The notes under the pieces are model-generated. The model was not told the DNA's origin and did not search any database. It saw nothing but the letters and a program-made list of their open reading frames with translations. A stretch of DNA of 60,674 nt, the filler included, from Diploschistes diacapsis (Eukaryota), in assembly GCA_023645945.1 (NCBI GenBank). It is 7 parts of 7 records of this genome, joined end to end, with 100 filler letters (N's around TTAATTAATTAA, not from the genome) between each part and the next. Parts side by side here need not be neighbours in the genome. Positions count along the whole stretch, not along the records: positions 1 to 27,968 come from JALAIB010000156.1; 6 more parts are not named here. One strand, 5' to 3'. Shown here in pieces: positions 12,399 to 23,190 of the stretch. The position numbers and the translations under genes were made by a program. The stretch's first letter is position 1. Every line of letters starts with the position of its first letter.

Positions 12399-14519
12399 AT
12401 GGACTTGAATGTCCTTTCATGCTTGTTCACAGCCTCGACCGTACAATCCTGGGTATGGATAACGCTGCTCTTCGGCTGTGGACAGCTGTACCTCGGAGTG
12501 CACTCAATGAAATCTTGTCAGCCAGTATGTATAAGCCTATCTCTAAATGTCTAGGCTCATGGTCCCAAGGGATTGCCACTCTTAGCTTGTGAATCTTCAT
12601 GGTACGCTCAGTTTAGAGCAGCAATCCAGCAGCATGTTATAGCAGAGAAGATGATTCAACGGGCTTATACTAGGGTAATTTTCTGGGCATAGCTTCAAAT
12701 AAGTACTCAAGTACTGTAGGCCAAAGGAAAGGTTTTTGCGCTACCCATTCCGTGGAAATACAGAGTCTATATCACCACGAAAGAACATCTCGAAGACGTC
12801 TTACGAGCTCCAGTAGGGCAGCTTTCCTTCAATGCTGCTGTTAAAGAGGTTAATACTCCTTTTTTGGCATTCTATCGAATGAAACGTTCAGCTTATAGTG
12901 GAACTTCAGCATTTTATGCCTTCTTTAGTCTTCAATGGCTTTAAATTCGATAAGAAGGATCCGCATCATGCCATAGTTTTACACTCGATACAGACAGATC
13001 TGAGAAAACATCTACCAAACTTGATCCCGACTTTTGAGCAGCGGCTGCAGGATGTTCTTCGTGAGAAGTATTCAAACTTGAAAAGAAACAGTCACTCTGG
13101 AGGTATTTGCAGAACGCAACATTGATTATGAAGTTCTAACAAGGCAACAGAATATTCGCTTGTCTCACCGTTCATGCTCGTCGAGATCGCAACCGCTACA
13201 CTTAATAACATTCTAGTCGTTGGGGAACAACTTGGTAAGGGTACTGACCGCCCTGCTGGAGGAACTAGCTGATATCAGTAGCTAGCGATGCTGAGTATTT
13301 CCAGGCTGCTCGCCGCTATACCTTTGATGTAATGATGACAACCGAGATCCTAAGATGGATTCCATCGTTTCTAAAAACGTAAGTGCTAACCTGCCAGCGC
13401 CAACGTACCTGGCTATTGTACTGAATCTGCCGGACCAGTCCCTTTGGTCGGGTTTTAATGAACTGGAGCAACGCCAAGAATGTAGCACACCGTAAGGTCT
13501 TACGAGTTGTTCAAGCAAGGTCGACTATGGGGACAGATTGTGGCCCATCATCGGTTCGTTTCCAAGCGGAGTTACAATTAAATACTGACTTCCTTGAAAG
13601 GACCTCGTGCAATGGATGATAGATGCCAATCGTAAGAAGAGTCCTCAAATGGACATACGGCTCACACAACATGCGATGGGTCTGTTGTTTGGCGCCGCAC
13701 ATCAGACACCAATGGTAGTCCTCATAAGGCTTGATGAGTCTCCCAGCTAACATGAGTCCAGTTCATCTCTTTTGCTTTGTACAACCTCTGCAAATATCCC
13801 GAATATCTGGAGGCCCTTAGAGCGGAGATCCAGTCTCTGGACAGCAAGAACCTCGCTAGCCTCGAGCGATATGATAAGATGGTGCTTCTGGAGAGCTTCC
13901 TTAAGGAAACTGCGCGACTAAATCCGATGACAGCCAGTAAGTCGATTGAGATGGCCTACTGTGATGCTAGAGTTAAGAGGCTGATATCTTTAAAGTGACG
14001 CTCTGGCGCAAGGTTCTCAGTCCTTTCACCTTTTCAGATGGCACGGTGGTGCAGACAGGGAACTGGATATGTATGCCGCAGCAAGCTATTACATTAGACA
14101 AAGAGTACTACCCAGAGCCTCTCGAGTTCAAGGGTTTTCGACTTGTCAAAGAAGAAAAGACAATGTGTGCTGGATCTCGATTAACGACGGCTACTTTTGA
14201 ATTTCCTTTTTGGGGTGGGACCAGACATCCGTGGTAAGTCCACCTCAAAGTCATTTAGCAGGTTGCCCTGCTGCATTCAATCCTCTTCGTTCATGTTGAA
14301 GCCTTGCAAGAGTCGAACTGACTTCTTCGGTTTGAGCAAAACAGCCCCGGCCGCTTCTATGCGACTATTCTCACGAAGATGATAATTGCGCACTTGATCC
14401 AGTATTATGAATTCAAACTTGCTGACAGCAATATCGCGAGCTCGTTGTCTTATAGCTACGCCATCGTTCCGAACCCTCGAATCAAGTTGCTGATCAAGGA
14501 ACGCCAGGAGAAGGTATAG
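12399..14519 (+). CDS. Cytochrome P450 monooxygenase, multi-exon, ent-kaurene-oxidase-like secondary-metabolism type; apparently intact
   Basis: Manual GT-AG splicing gives one continuous frame: MDLNVLS...LLFGAAHQT (I-helix), ESFLKETARLNP (ExxR), FWGGTRHP-C-PGRF with the heme Cys codon split TG|C by the last intron, and stop TAG at 14517-14519. Confidence 0.85.
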
Positions 14520-15454
14520 ATGTCCAACTCGCTGTCAGACATTTCTTCCTTTGAGTATAGAATAGCTGTGAAAGTTAGGCTTATCGACTTTGAAAAGCCC
14601 TTCAGAGGTTGGATGGCCAGTGTGTTGGAAGTATTATAAATACATTGCCCTCGGCTTCGTGGTGTTCTTCATCAGTAGTTCAAAGGAGTAGTCTAACAAT
14701 TTATCACCCATCGTGCGCATCATGCAGGAAGTCAAAGCCTAGCAGTGCTCCTAGGCTATTGTGTGACAGTTTTTTGATGTTGGAAGTGGTGTGAAGCAGG
14801 ATGTATGCGATGTTGTCTGTAGTTAAAAGCTTTTGATTATTAGCCAAAGCTTAGCTACCCGCCCACTCATATTCAACAGCCCTAATGATGCTGACTGCTC
14901 TAATTCTCCCCGCCCCAATTGGCTCCATTACTATGAGCGTGTCTCGCCTAGTTCTTCGCCTAATCCCCAATCGCACATCATCCTTTCCAACTTTCTCGAC
15001 GCTTTGAATCCTTCAGTTAGATCTCAAGCTTTAAATATGCTGCTTCAACATTGCTCTGTCCCGAAGATGAGCCGGATAGGATGGTTAAGCAGTTTCAGTC
15101 TCGAGTGTATTGTTTACACTATTTTAGAAAGGTAATGTATCAAGGGTGTCGTCTTGTGGAGTACTTGTATATAGCAGGCTTCTCTTTCGGTCATTTATGT
15201 ATCGAGTCTTCTGTTGCTCTGTGATTATTAGTCGAGTGTATCGCGCATCCTTGCCCATAGAAGCACCGGGCCTAGTGCTTAGTTTGCGCTCAGACAACCA
15301 ACTGCTTCCCTATATCTTAACATAAGTTACTTCTCCTCTTTCTCATCTATTCGGGAACGACTCCAGTTACGCATGGGGTCCTGAATCCTGAACCGTTGCG
15401 AGCAAACATTGACCAAAGGCCTGGACCTGCTCGCGAACTTCTTAGACTTTAGGT

Positions 15455-17793
15455 ATGAATGCAGGTACCGACACAGCAGCCGCAGCGCTAAGCATTGCAC
15501 TTGCGGCGCTGGCCATTGCAGTGTTTCAATTCCTACAAAAATACATTACCACAGCAGAGGGTTACCGAAGATGCGAACCGTCAGTCATCGAGCGTTGGAA
15601 TACCTTCGTGAAGTGGAAGTTCCATTTTCGTGAGCCAAGGTATGAAACCAGATAGCAGAGTCATCATATCACCATTGGGCCCCCAGAAGCGGGATTCTAT
15701 GATGGATCTTCATAGAACCTCCACCTAGGCTCGTTGGTCCCGAAGCCGTCCGACGAAGCTGATGAAATGACACCATGGGAAAACGGGAAATGGTCCTTCG
15801 ACCCTTCCGAGCCGCATGTCACATCTGTAGTCCGGGCAGCTCTTGGAAGAGCTCTGAAGCACTGGCGACATCTCTTCTTCGGAGAGTGGAGATGCTACTC
15901 GAAAATAGATGATTATTCGCAGACAAAGAAAGCTTTGAGGCCTTGATGGAACAAGCTCTTCAGGTCCTCGTCGGCGAGGGGGAAGAGTGACGATGATGTA
16001 GTTTGCTGGATACCGCTGCTAGCTGAGTGAAAGAAGCTTGAGATCGAAGCTCACGATGAGCTTGTTTTTGAAGAGGTTCGAAACCATCTACCGCACCTTC
16101 AGAAGCCTTTGCGGGAAGGTGGGAACGGCACGGGAAATTTTGGGTACGCGCCTGTTTGCTTGGAAATCGAGACAAGATCTTAGGGAATGCAAAGCAGTGA
16201 CTGCTATAATGGGTTAATAGAAACTCCGGAACACCCGCATCATGTAGTAGCAATAATAGCATTGTGGTCTTACCAGAAGGCCAAGAGATGATCCGGATTC
16301 CCACCCCTATTTCTGCAGTCACTATTCTCAATGCTACTATGGTAATGGCACGACATGCTAAAAGTACTATTAATCACTTATATTCACAGTCCCCAGCTCG
16401 TACGTCTGATCCCATCATCTGCCCTACGAGATGTCATTATATGACACGGGAAAAGCTCCTGCCTTCGAAGGGAGAGCTCGAGGCTAAAAGTAACGGCTAC
16501 AGCATAAGCTCTACCAGTATCCGCGGGCTGGGCACGCTTGTCTCGTTTGTTTGTGGCAGAGGTCGAGTCAGTACCACGGGCTTACAGTGCGTGCCAACAC
16601 GCGGCGCTGGCGCTTCTTGCATCTGGTTACATTCCGATCCACTCCAAGCTCGAAGTACCTGAATTCGAGGATACTGCAATCAACGACCGCTTTTTTGAAC
16701 AATAGGACAGATCGAAGGACAAAAGCCATTTCAAGGCTTTCCAGGAGGACATCAAATCTGACACTATGAAGTATAGCATACCTGATTTCGTAGCTCTGGT
16801 TGCGCCTTTTTTAACCACCATGTACTATCCGTTGTTCCACGCTCCTCGGCGAAGAATATGGAGCGGCGGGTTGAACCATCTTGAAGAATGGACGGCCTTC
16901 CAGAAAGTGCTCGGTATTTGCATTGAAGAAACAGACAAGTCGGGTCCCGTCAAGGTCAAATATCCCTCGCTGCACTGGCTTGTGCCAGAGATGAACAAGG
17001 TGGACCACATCTCCGCCTAGATCAAGGGCTGTCGAATGATGGGAAGCATCAGCGACGTCTAGTGCCGCTTCCAGATGGAACGCCTTCACGAAGAGTGCTA
17101 CATCAAGATAGAAGAGTTTAACAGGATTGTCTTCCTCGTTCCAGACCGGCAGAGCTGTATGCCGGCTACCTCGAACTACTACTAGCTCCTGCAGGTTTTT
17201 GGCACCGCGGGTATTCATCGGAGGGGAGAGGCCCGCGCAAAGACTATGGAGAACAGTGGCGCTCCCTGGGATGCGTTTGGATATAAGTGGGCGCAGTCTG
17301 ATTTATTCTGTGGAAGTGAGTATCAGGCATTCTCCCATCAAAACGTCTCTACTCATTTTCATCGTATCGGTTACATCCTCCATCGCACTCCCATTCTAAA
17401 TCCCCCTTCTTCTCCCCCTTACACATCCTCGACGTCCAATAATAATTAGCCATACGCTAGCACCCACCTACAGTAATGCACCTTCACTGGCACCATCGCC
17501 CGACCTACCACGCCGCGCTCGCCACCGCCCACTGCTTCTCCGAGCACGAGCACGAACCAGAAGAACCCAAGGGAACCGACGAGGACGAAAAGCCCCGAGT
17601 GTCCACCGACATCCGCAACACCAAGTGGCGCTTCAAGCTGGGCGGCCGCTCGCTGTACGATTAAGTCGTGCAGCTGGTGCCCGTCATGATGTTCAAGGCG
17701 ATGCTGTGGTACCGCACGGCAGAGCTGGTGGGCGGGCAGCCGAAGTTGGATGGGTGGTATCGGGAGAGTAGCATCCCGGTTTGTATTGGATAG
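15455..17793 (+). pseudogene. Modin (MOD-A)-like protein pseudogene
   Basis: N-terminal ALSIALAALAIAVFQFLQKYITTAEGYRRC...W...KFHFREPRYETR, internal LEAKSNGYSISSTSIRGLG and DFVALVAPF, and C-terminal MMFKAMLW...SSIPVCIG* fit my recollection of this family. Stops at 15653-15655 and 17662-17664 plus several frameshifts. Confidence 0.6.
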
Positions 17794-20250
17794 AGAGGTA
17801 GGGAGGAGAGGGGAAGAAGGGAGAAAATAGGAAGAAGTTGGAAGGTAATAGAAACTCGGTATAATGCGTCGTCACTAAGCATACAAATATCAACAAACTC
17901 TCTCTCTCCTATACCCAAAGATACCAAAGTAACTTCTGATGGCCATAAAGGTACAAACTTCTACACCCTTACTTATAGTGGAGCGAGGGAAAGCCCTAAG
18001 CGTGTCACGTGCTGACGCGGGCACAGTTGAGGCACGCTGGAAGTAAGTGGTCTAGTCATCTAGACATTCAGCCTACTACGCGTATGGTAGGATATGTTGT
18101 CGGCATTGAACGCGCAGAAAAAACACACACTGGTAAACATTTCACCAAAAGCACTCGATTTCTCCACCATCTATCAGCCCGTTTATCGGATTAAAGCCAT
18201 TTCGGACTCTGCAATATCTTAGTATATAACCCTTCTCGAACTTGTTTCACGAGCCTGCTCAGGTTTTGCTGATTTCGAGGAGCTTCCGTTAGCCGACCCT
18301 CGGCTATACTTTGATATTATTCTCTCGCTTCTTCCCTAGTCGACCTGTAAGCGTATTGCAAATGCGCCCCCGTCATTCTCCCATAGGAGGTGCTCTGTTC
18401 CTTGGCGCAACCAGGGATTATGGACACTCGAGATTCATCTTAAGGGTGGTGCTCTGCCATGTCTGTGGTAGTGCTTGGGAAATGCGATGTCAATGTAAAT
18501 CTATTCCTATGTGGACGCTCGGTTCTTCCTGAAAGGGGGATAATTGCTATTTAGAGCTTTCAGTTCACTCGGGTCTTCAACGGTGGCCGCAATTGAAGTA
18601 ATGGACCTTGCTGGAAGAGTCGTGTATGGTTAGTAAAGCCATGACTATACTGTCAGCAGAGTTATGTGAACTCTGCGCCCGCTCATTTTCTTATCGTTCG
18701 ACAGGTCGATGTAGTTGGCGGCCAGGATCTGTTTCATGTCTATCAACGTACCTCTGCAGGAGCCCTCTCGTTTTTCGAGACCTCAGCTTCGAGTTATGAA
18801 GCCTATTCGCAGGCGATACAGCATCTGCGCTTCTGGCAAAAGTGCAAGTTATAGAACTTCGATTTCTCGGGTGGCTGAACCAACGACAATCTTCTTCAGA
18901 GTTTGGGGATTTTCTTCCAGTTTTGCTAACAAAATACTGGACATCCCACCATTGGTGAGCTAGAACATGTTCCAATTAAATAAGTTCCTTTGCCCCTGCC
19001 CTGCCGCCGTCCTTCGGCCAGCTTTTTCTCGAAATCTGGAAGCGATTACCGTCGGAAAATACTCGCATCTCCAAAGTACTGAATCTGGTCTCAATTGAAG
19101 ATAATTCGTAGCCAACTAAAGAGTAGAAAAATAGTAGTCGTCATTCCTCAGAGACGTGCCTCTTTGCCGCTCCCTTGCATAGTATACGCCCATCTCGTAA
19201 GGAGGTTAGTAGTAAGAGATGGACTGTGAGATGGCATCGTTGAAAAGTAATTTGGGCCCAGAGCTTTGCTTACGAGCTGCTGATGAAAGTCGGACTCAAA
19301 TGCTAGGACATCACGAGGTCCGGAGTGTGAACACGCAAATACAGGTTTGCTTCAGGTTGGCTTATGCAAGTAGTGATGTGCCTTGGATTTTTTAAATAGA
19401 ATTTTGACATTGGACTCCAGCTCAATACCTAGAAAAGGTATAACATGATGGTATGAGATTTTCGCCTACAAGCAGACCTTAGAAGAGAAAATAACCAACA
19501 GACTCGTTATGAGGCTTCCGGTAAGCTTACGACCCTTGCTTGTAACCACCGGCTTCTGCCGTGAACGGAAATCCCAAGTTCCTGCCAGAGGCATGTAAAG
19601 GTCACGGTAAGAATCAGACGAGATCAAAGGTAGTACAGATGCCCCTCTAGTAATCGAACGGTGGTTCGTTACTGGTACAACTCCTTTGGGAGTGAAATTA
19701 ATTCTTGGTTTTCCTTCTGACTATTATCTTGTAGAGTGCGGTTCGTTTCTCAGTGCTTGGATCTTTCAGAGAGCACAATGGATTCCTGATGCGCTTACGA
19801 TCGATATTGAGCCTACTTCAGCTCTTCTCTGTTTTTGTGGATGTCGATACCTAACGAATGCACGGTACATAGTCAAAGCGATATGGTCCAGTACAAGGGC
19901 CCTGTGGTCAGCCAACTCGTCTCGTATGATACCATGATCTTTTATGAATGGTGTAAAGACGACTGCCAAGGTCTTGCGACAAAGGCAGGTCAAATCACCC
20001 AAAATATTGCCACCAGTCACATCTTACGTCTTCCCAACCAGGAAAGCAGCACAAGTACAACATTAAGACTCTTCTCAACCAGAACAAGATCTTCGGGAGG
20101 TGAACTGAATGCCCCTGTGTGAAGGGTGTTTTCTTCCCTCCCTGATTTTGATGTATGAAGAATGATAGAGCTTTAAGTAAACATTAGCATTAGCTTGCCC
20201 AATATCAGAGCTATATAAGACCGTATTTCAAAGTTCAGCTCATTAAACCA

Positions 20251-20385
20251 GCTTCTTTAGCTCAGTTGGTAGAGCGCGGCGTAAGTTGGGAAAGTGGTCA
20301 ATATGTTGAAACTTACTAACAATAATATATAGACTAGTACATCATCGAGATGCCGAGGTCATGAGTTCAACTCTCATAGGAAGCA
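20251..20385 (+). tRNA. tRNA-Thr(AGT) with a 52-nt spliceosomal-type intron (20281-20332) and a 10-nt canonical tRNA intron (20340-20349)
   Basis: Acceptor stem GCTTCTT/AGGAAGC, discriminator A; D-arm GCTC-AGTTGGTA-GAGC; T-arm ATGAG-TTCAACT-CTCAT. Removing both introns gives anticodon stem CGGCA/TGCCG, loop CT-AGT-AA and a 73-nt mature tRNA. Confidence 0.92.
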
Positions 20386-20395
20386 TTTTTTTTTT
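20386..20395 (+). terminator. RNA polymerase III oligo-T terminator of the tRNA-Thr gene
   Basis: T10 run immediately after the discriminator base. Confidence 0.85.
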
Positions 20396-20807
20396 AATTA
20401 GTCAGTCAATACACACATTCTATCTGCCTCTAACTATTAGCTCGCTGCAATGTGTTTTGCCTTCATCCCCACAAAAAGGGTAAGCTGCACTAATATTCCA
20501 ACATCGTGGAAGTTTGCATTTGTCCATTTTTGGGAGCACTTAGTAAAGCGGCAAGAGAAACTTAATCTACCTGTCTACGCGACGCATTCTTCTTTTACGC
20601 GTATTACTGTGAGCTTCTTGTCACACGGTTTGGCCTGTCGCCCTCGAAGTCAACGACGCTTTCAAATCCTAGCGTTGATTATGTATGATGAAAAGCTGCT
20701 TGGTTGACATGATAGCCCATTACAACTTCAATAATTTTAAACAGCTCAGGGAATTTGTGCCTCGGAGTCCAGACTAAGCCGTTTCATTGCTCTATAAGTT
20801 TATCAGC

Positions 20808-22823
20808 ATGGCATGTCGGGTCCCACCAGGGTTCGTGGATCTATCTTCTGCAACGCAAGAAGAGAAGAAGATCTTGAATGTTATTGGCGTGGTGACCGAC
20901 CTGCTTCCTCCAAAGCGGACACAAGGGAAGGATTGGATGTTCACTTTTTCTATTGATGATAACACTGTTTTCGGGACGTACAACAAGGGACAAAAAATTC
21001 GGTTCTTTGGAAAGGAGAACGCTTTGCCACTCATCCACGGCCCAGGAGACGTGGTGCTGCTGAAGCAAGTTCGATGCATGAATTATTATGGCCAGATGTT
21101 CCTTGTATCGACAATCGAGAGCAGTTGGATTGTTTTCCCTGCGCCCATACCGCAAACGATGCCCATTCTTGGTCATCCGTTGAAACAAATCAGATCCAAG
21201 GCTGCTTCAAAGCCTTCCTTAGCCGACATGGAATACGTGGTCGCTTTAAACAATAATCAAAACCGTAGCAACTTTACGGCCCCTCTAAGTCATGAAGAGA
21301 AAGAAAAGTTTAAGGCCACTAAGGATAAGTTCTCTTTGATCAGAGATGTTGGTATCGACAAATTCTACGATCTTGTTGGTCAGGTTGTAAAGGTATTCCC
21401 TCGACAAGAATGCGTTGATTTATATATCACCGATTACACCGAGAATGGCTTTCTCTACAAGTATGGCCCTCAAAAGGAAGAGTCGAAAGAAAGCCAAGCT
21501 GACCCCCAAACGGAAAGGAGATGGCAAGGTCCTAACGGAAAGTACACCCTTCTTATCAATACACGCCCACCCCATTCATACTGGACTCTTGAGAATCTTA
21601 ACGCTGGAGACTTTATACGTGCGCGGAACGTCCGTATCAAGCCCAACTACAACGACAATACAAAGATCGAGGGCAGCTTATGGGAGGACAGTAAGAATCC
21701 AGATCGTGTCAACGTCCAGCTTATCCGAGACAAGAACGACGCCCGAGTCCAAGAACTGCTCACGCGCAAGCATCAACTCGGATTCGACCATATCTTGAGT
21801 TGCACAGCACCAGAAGATACCCCCAAGAGTCGAAAGCGCAAGAGTGAAGAAGATCATGAACCAGACCCGCTGACCTCGAAACGCCAACGCCGTAAGAGAA
21901 AACAAAAACTGGATCAGATGCAAAAGCAGGAGCAACAAAAGCAGCCACAGGCCTCAATATCATCAAATACAACAACCCACTCTGACCCAGAACCTCCCTT
22001 AAGCCAACGCTCAGCAATCCGCCACGCCCTCAAACAACCCAACCAGAACATCCGCTGCAAGCGCATCGACGTGGCCGAGCGCACCGTCGCCGAGATTCTC
22101 GCCTCCGCCAAACCGTCCCCTAACCAAGATTCCAACGCCGATTCCACCATATCCCGCACCACAGTCCGCATCGTAGACTTCAAGCCGCGCTCCCTCGAAG
22201 ACTTTGCGCGACCATGCGCTCCTAAGCCTTCTTCGTCCGAAAACGAACCCGAATCCGACTCCGACCACTCCGTCTGCTCCCTCGCCGAACGCCAACGTTA
22301 CGCAAATATCCTGAGATCAAGGAGAATAAAACACGAGTGGGCGTTTGCCCTCCTCCTTGAAGACGCCACGCCGCCTTCTGCCCTTCTCGATCCTTCCTCT
22401 TCATCCTCTACGAACGGCACCGACTCGTCGCAGTCCAAGCGTGACCGCATGATCGCCTATGTCTGCGGCGCGGACGCCGAGTTCCTGCTCAATGCGAGTG
22501 CGCAGGATCTGCGTGCCGCTCCGCAAGCGCTGGGGCAGTTGAGGGAGAAAATGTTTCTATTGTGGGGGGATTTAGAGGAGAGGAAGGGGAGCGAGGGGAG
22601 AGCGTTGAGGGAGAGGAGTGGGAACGAGGACCACAGGAAGAGCAATAGGGATGGAAACGAAGGCGGCAAGGAAGCCGGAGAGAAAGAGAGCAGGGAGAAA
22701 GCCATGACTAGGCCCTTTACATGCTGCATTAGAGAGTATGGAGTGCAGAATGCGAGTGGGGTGTGGGAAAGGAGATTTGGGATTTGCGAAACGACGATCA
22801 TGCAAGGCGAGGAGGGAGGGTGA
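20808..22823 (+). CDS. POT1: Protection of telomeres protein 1 (OB-fold telomeric ssDNA-binding)
   Basis: Intronless ORF, ATG at 20808. OB1 motifs NVIGVVTDLLPPKRTQGKDW and GDVVLL; OB2 motifs FYDLVGQVVK and LYITDYTEN; C-terminal LREKMFLLWGDLEERK and PFTCCIREYGV. Confidence 0.9.
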   Translation: MACRVPPGFVDLSSATQEEKKILNVIGVVTDLLPPKRTQGKDWMFTFSIDDNTVFGTYNKGQKIRFFGKENALPLIHGPGDVVLLKQVRCMNYYGQMFLVSTIESSWIVFPAPIPQTMPILGHPLKQIRSKAASKPSLADMEYVVALNNNQNRSNFTAPLSHEEKEKFKATKDKFSLIRDVGIDKFYDLVGQVVKVFPRQECVDLYITDYTENGFLYKYGPQKEESKESQADPQTERRWQGPNGKYTLLINTRPPHSYWTLENLNAGDFIRARNVRIKPNYNDNTKIEGSLWEDSKNPDRVNVQLIRDKNDARVQELLTRKHQLGFDHILSCTAPEDTPKSRKRKSEEDHEPDPLTSKRQRRKRKQKLDQMQKQEQQKQPQASISSNTTTHSDPEPPLSQRSAIRHALKQPNQNIRCKRIDVAERTVAEILASAKPSPNQDSNADSTISRTTVRIVDFKPRSLEDFARPCAPKPSSSENEPESDSDHSVCSLAERQRYANILRSRRIKHEWAFALLLEDATPPSALLDPSSSSSTNGTDSSQSKRDRMIAYVCGADAEFLLNASAQDLRAAPQALGQLREKMFLLWGDLEERKGSEGRALRERSGNEDHRKSNRDGNEGGKEAGEKESREKAMTRPFTCCIREYGVQNASGVWERRFGICETTIMQGEEGG

Positions 22824-23190
22824 AAGGAAGGTGGGGAGGTGCAGAAGAGAAGTTCGAGGGAGCCTATCGCTGGTTAACGGACACCAGGGGTTTTCACTGA
22901 CAACCTTTTATTGCGTTTGGTTAGCGTTCAAGCCTATTGCGGTTGGGTCGGTACAATGGCACCAAGACCCTGTCCTACAAGAACGCGAGATTAGTGTCAA
23001 CTGTGAACATGATGATTATTTGAATTGCAGAAAATTGTATGAATAGTTATCTTGTTATTATAGATCTCCCAAGCATCTCCTCCTGGGTCGCCTGGGGGGG
23101 TACCTGACGAAGTAAGGCCACGTTAGAGTTTTTGGGATCGGTCATAAATCTTATAAAATCTTCTGGCGAAGCGAGCTGCTCTGTCAGAGC

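Noticed and set aside
17900..20200. Short ORFs between the modin-like relic and the tRNA
   Set aside because: No recognisable motifs or codon bias.
3579..20250. Starship-type giant element inserted next to the tRNA
   Set aside because: No tyrosine-recombinase captain gene and no boundary direct repeats were found.
20281..20349. Reading the tRNA insert as one long canonical intron
   Set aside because: The interruption starts at position 30/31, and a proper stem and 7-nt loop form only when 20333-20339 is kept as exon.
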